DNA of 63,313 bases, the filler included, from Octopus bimaculoides (lineage: Eukaryota), in the NCBI RefSeq assembly GCF_001194135.2. It is 5 parts of 5 records of this genome, joined end to end, with 100 filler letters (N's around TTAATTAATTAA, not from the genome) between each part and the next. Parts side by side here need not be neighbours in the genome. Positions count along the whole stretch, not along the records: positions 61,980 to 63,313 come from NW_026418848.1; 4 more parts are not named here. One strand, written 5' to 3'. The notes under the pieces were generated by a model, which saw only the letters and a list, made by a program, of their open reading frames with translations, searched no databases and had not been told where the DNA came from. Positions within the stretch are counted from its first letter, which is position 1, and each line of letters starts with the position of its first letter. Shown piece by piece: positions 63,269 through 63,313 of this stretch. A program made the position numbers and the translations under genes.

Positions 63269-63313
<45 letters not shown>
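62130..63313. repeat. (TG)n/(TATG)n microsatellite field
   Basis: Visible TATG/CATG runs at 62560-62850 and terminal (TG)n. Confidence 0.9.

Overview
Repeat-dense animal genomic DNA, most likely a coleoid cephalopod (Octopus-like). That assignment is an inference from the SINE families and the extreme microsatellite load, not a database result. There are many N gaps, and four fixed 100-bp N44-TTAATTAATTAA-N44 spacers show that five separately assembled pieces were concatenated. I can support one intact protein-coding gene: a two-exon class A (rhodopsin-family) GPCR on the + strand (7761-8038 joined to 10003-10948, 407 aa) with canonical splice sites. Everything else identifiable is transposon-derived: an internally deleted Ty3/Gypsy provirus with both LTRs (17771-20369); at least ten fragments of restriction-like-endonuclease (RLE; R4/Dong-type) non-LTR retrotransposons; RTE-like and mariner remnants; a probable Merlin-like MITE; and dozens of tRNA-derived SINEs, often in tandem stacks. 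The most interesting signals are: (i) RLE elements split into a (TAA)n-embedded group and a (CATA)n-embedded group, suggesting two microsatellite target specificities; (ii) a 38-nt copy of the GPCR's third intracellular loop sits at a retroelement junction 1.2 kb downstream of its source; (iii) a tandemly repeated, hairpin-embedded tRNA primer-binding site in the Gypsy element; (iv) unusual GPCR features (E3.32, E3.45, five overlapping PxSP motifs); (v) a SINE array with a regenerated 14-bp boundary; (vi) a perfect 70-bp inverted repeat. No rRNA, true tRNA or CRISPR array is supportable. Repeat boundaries were read by eye and are approximate unless motif coordinates are given.
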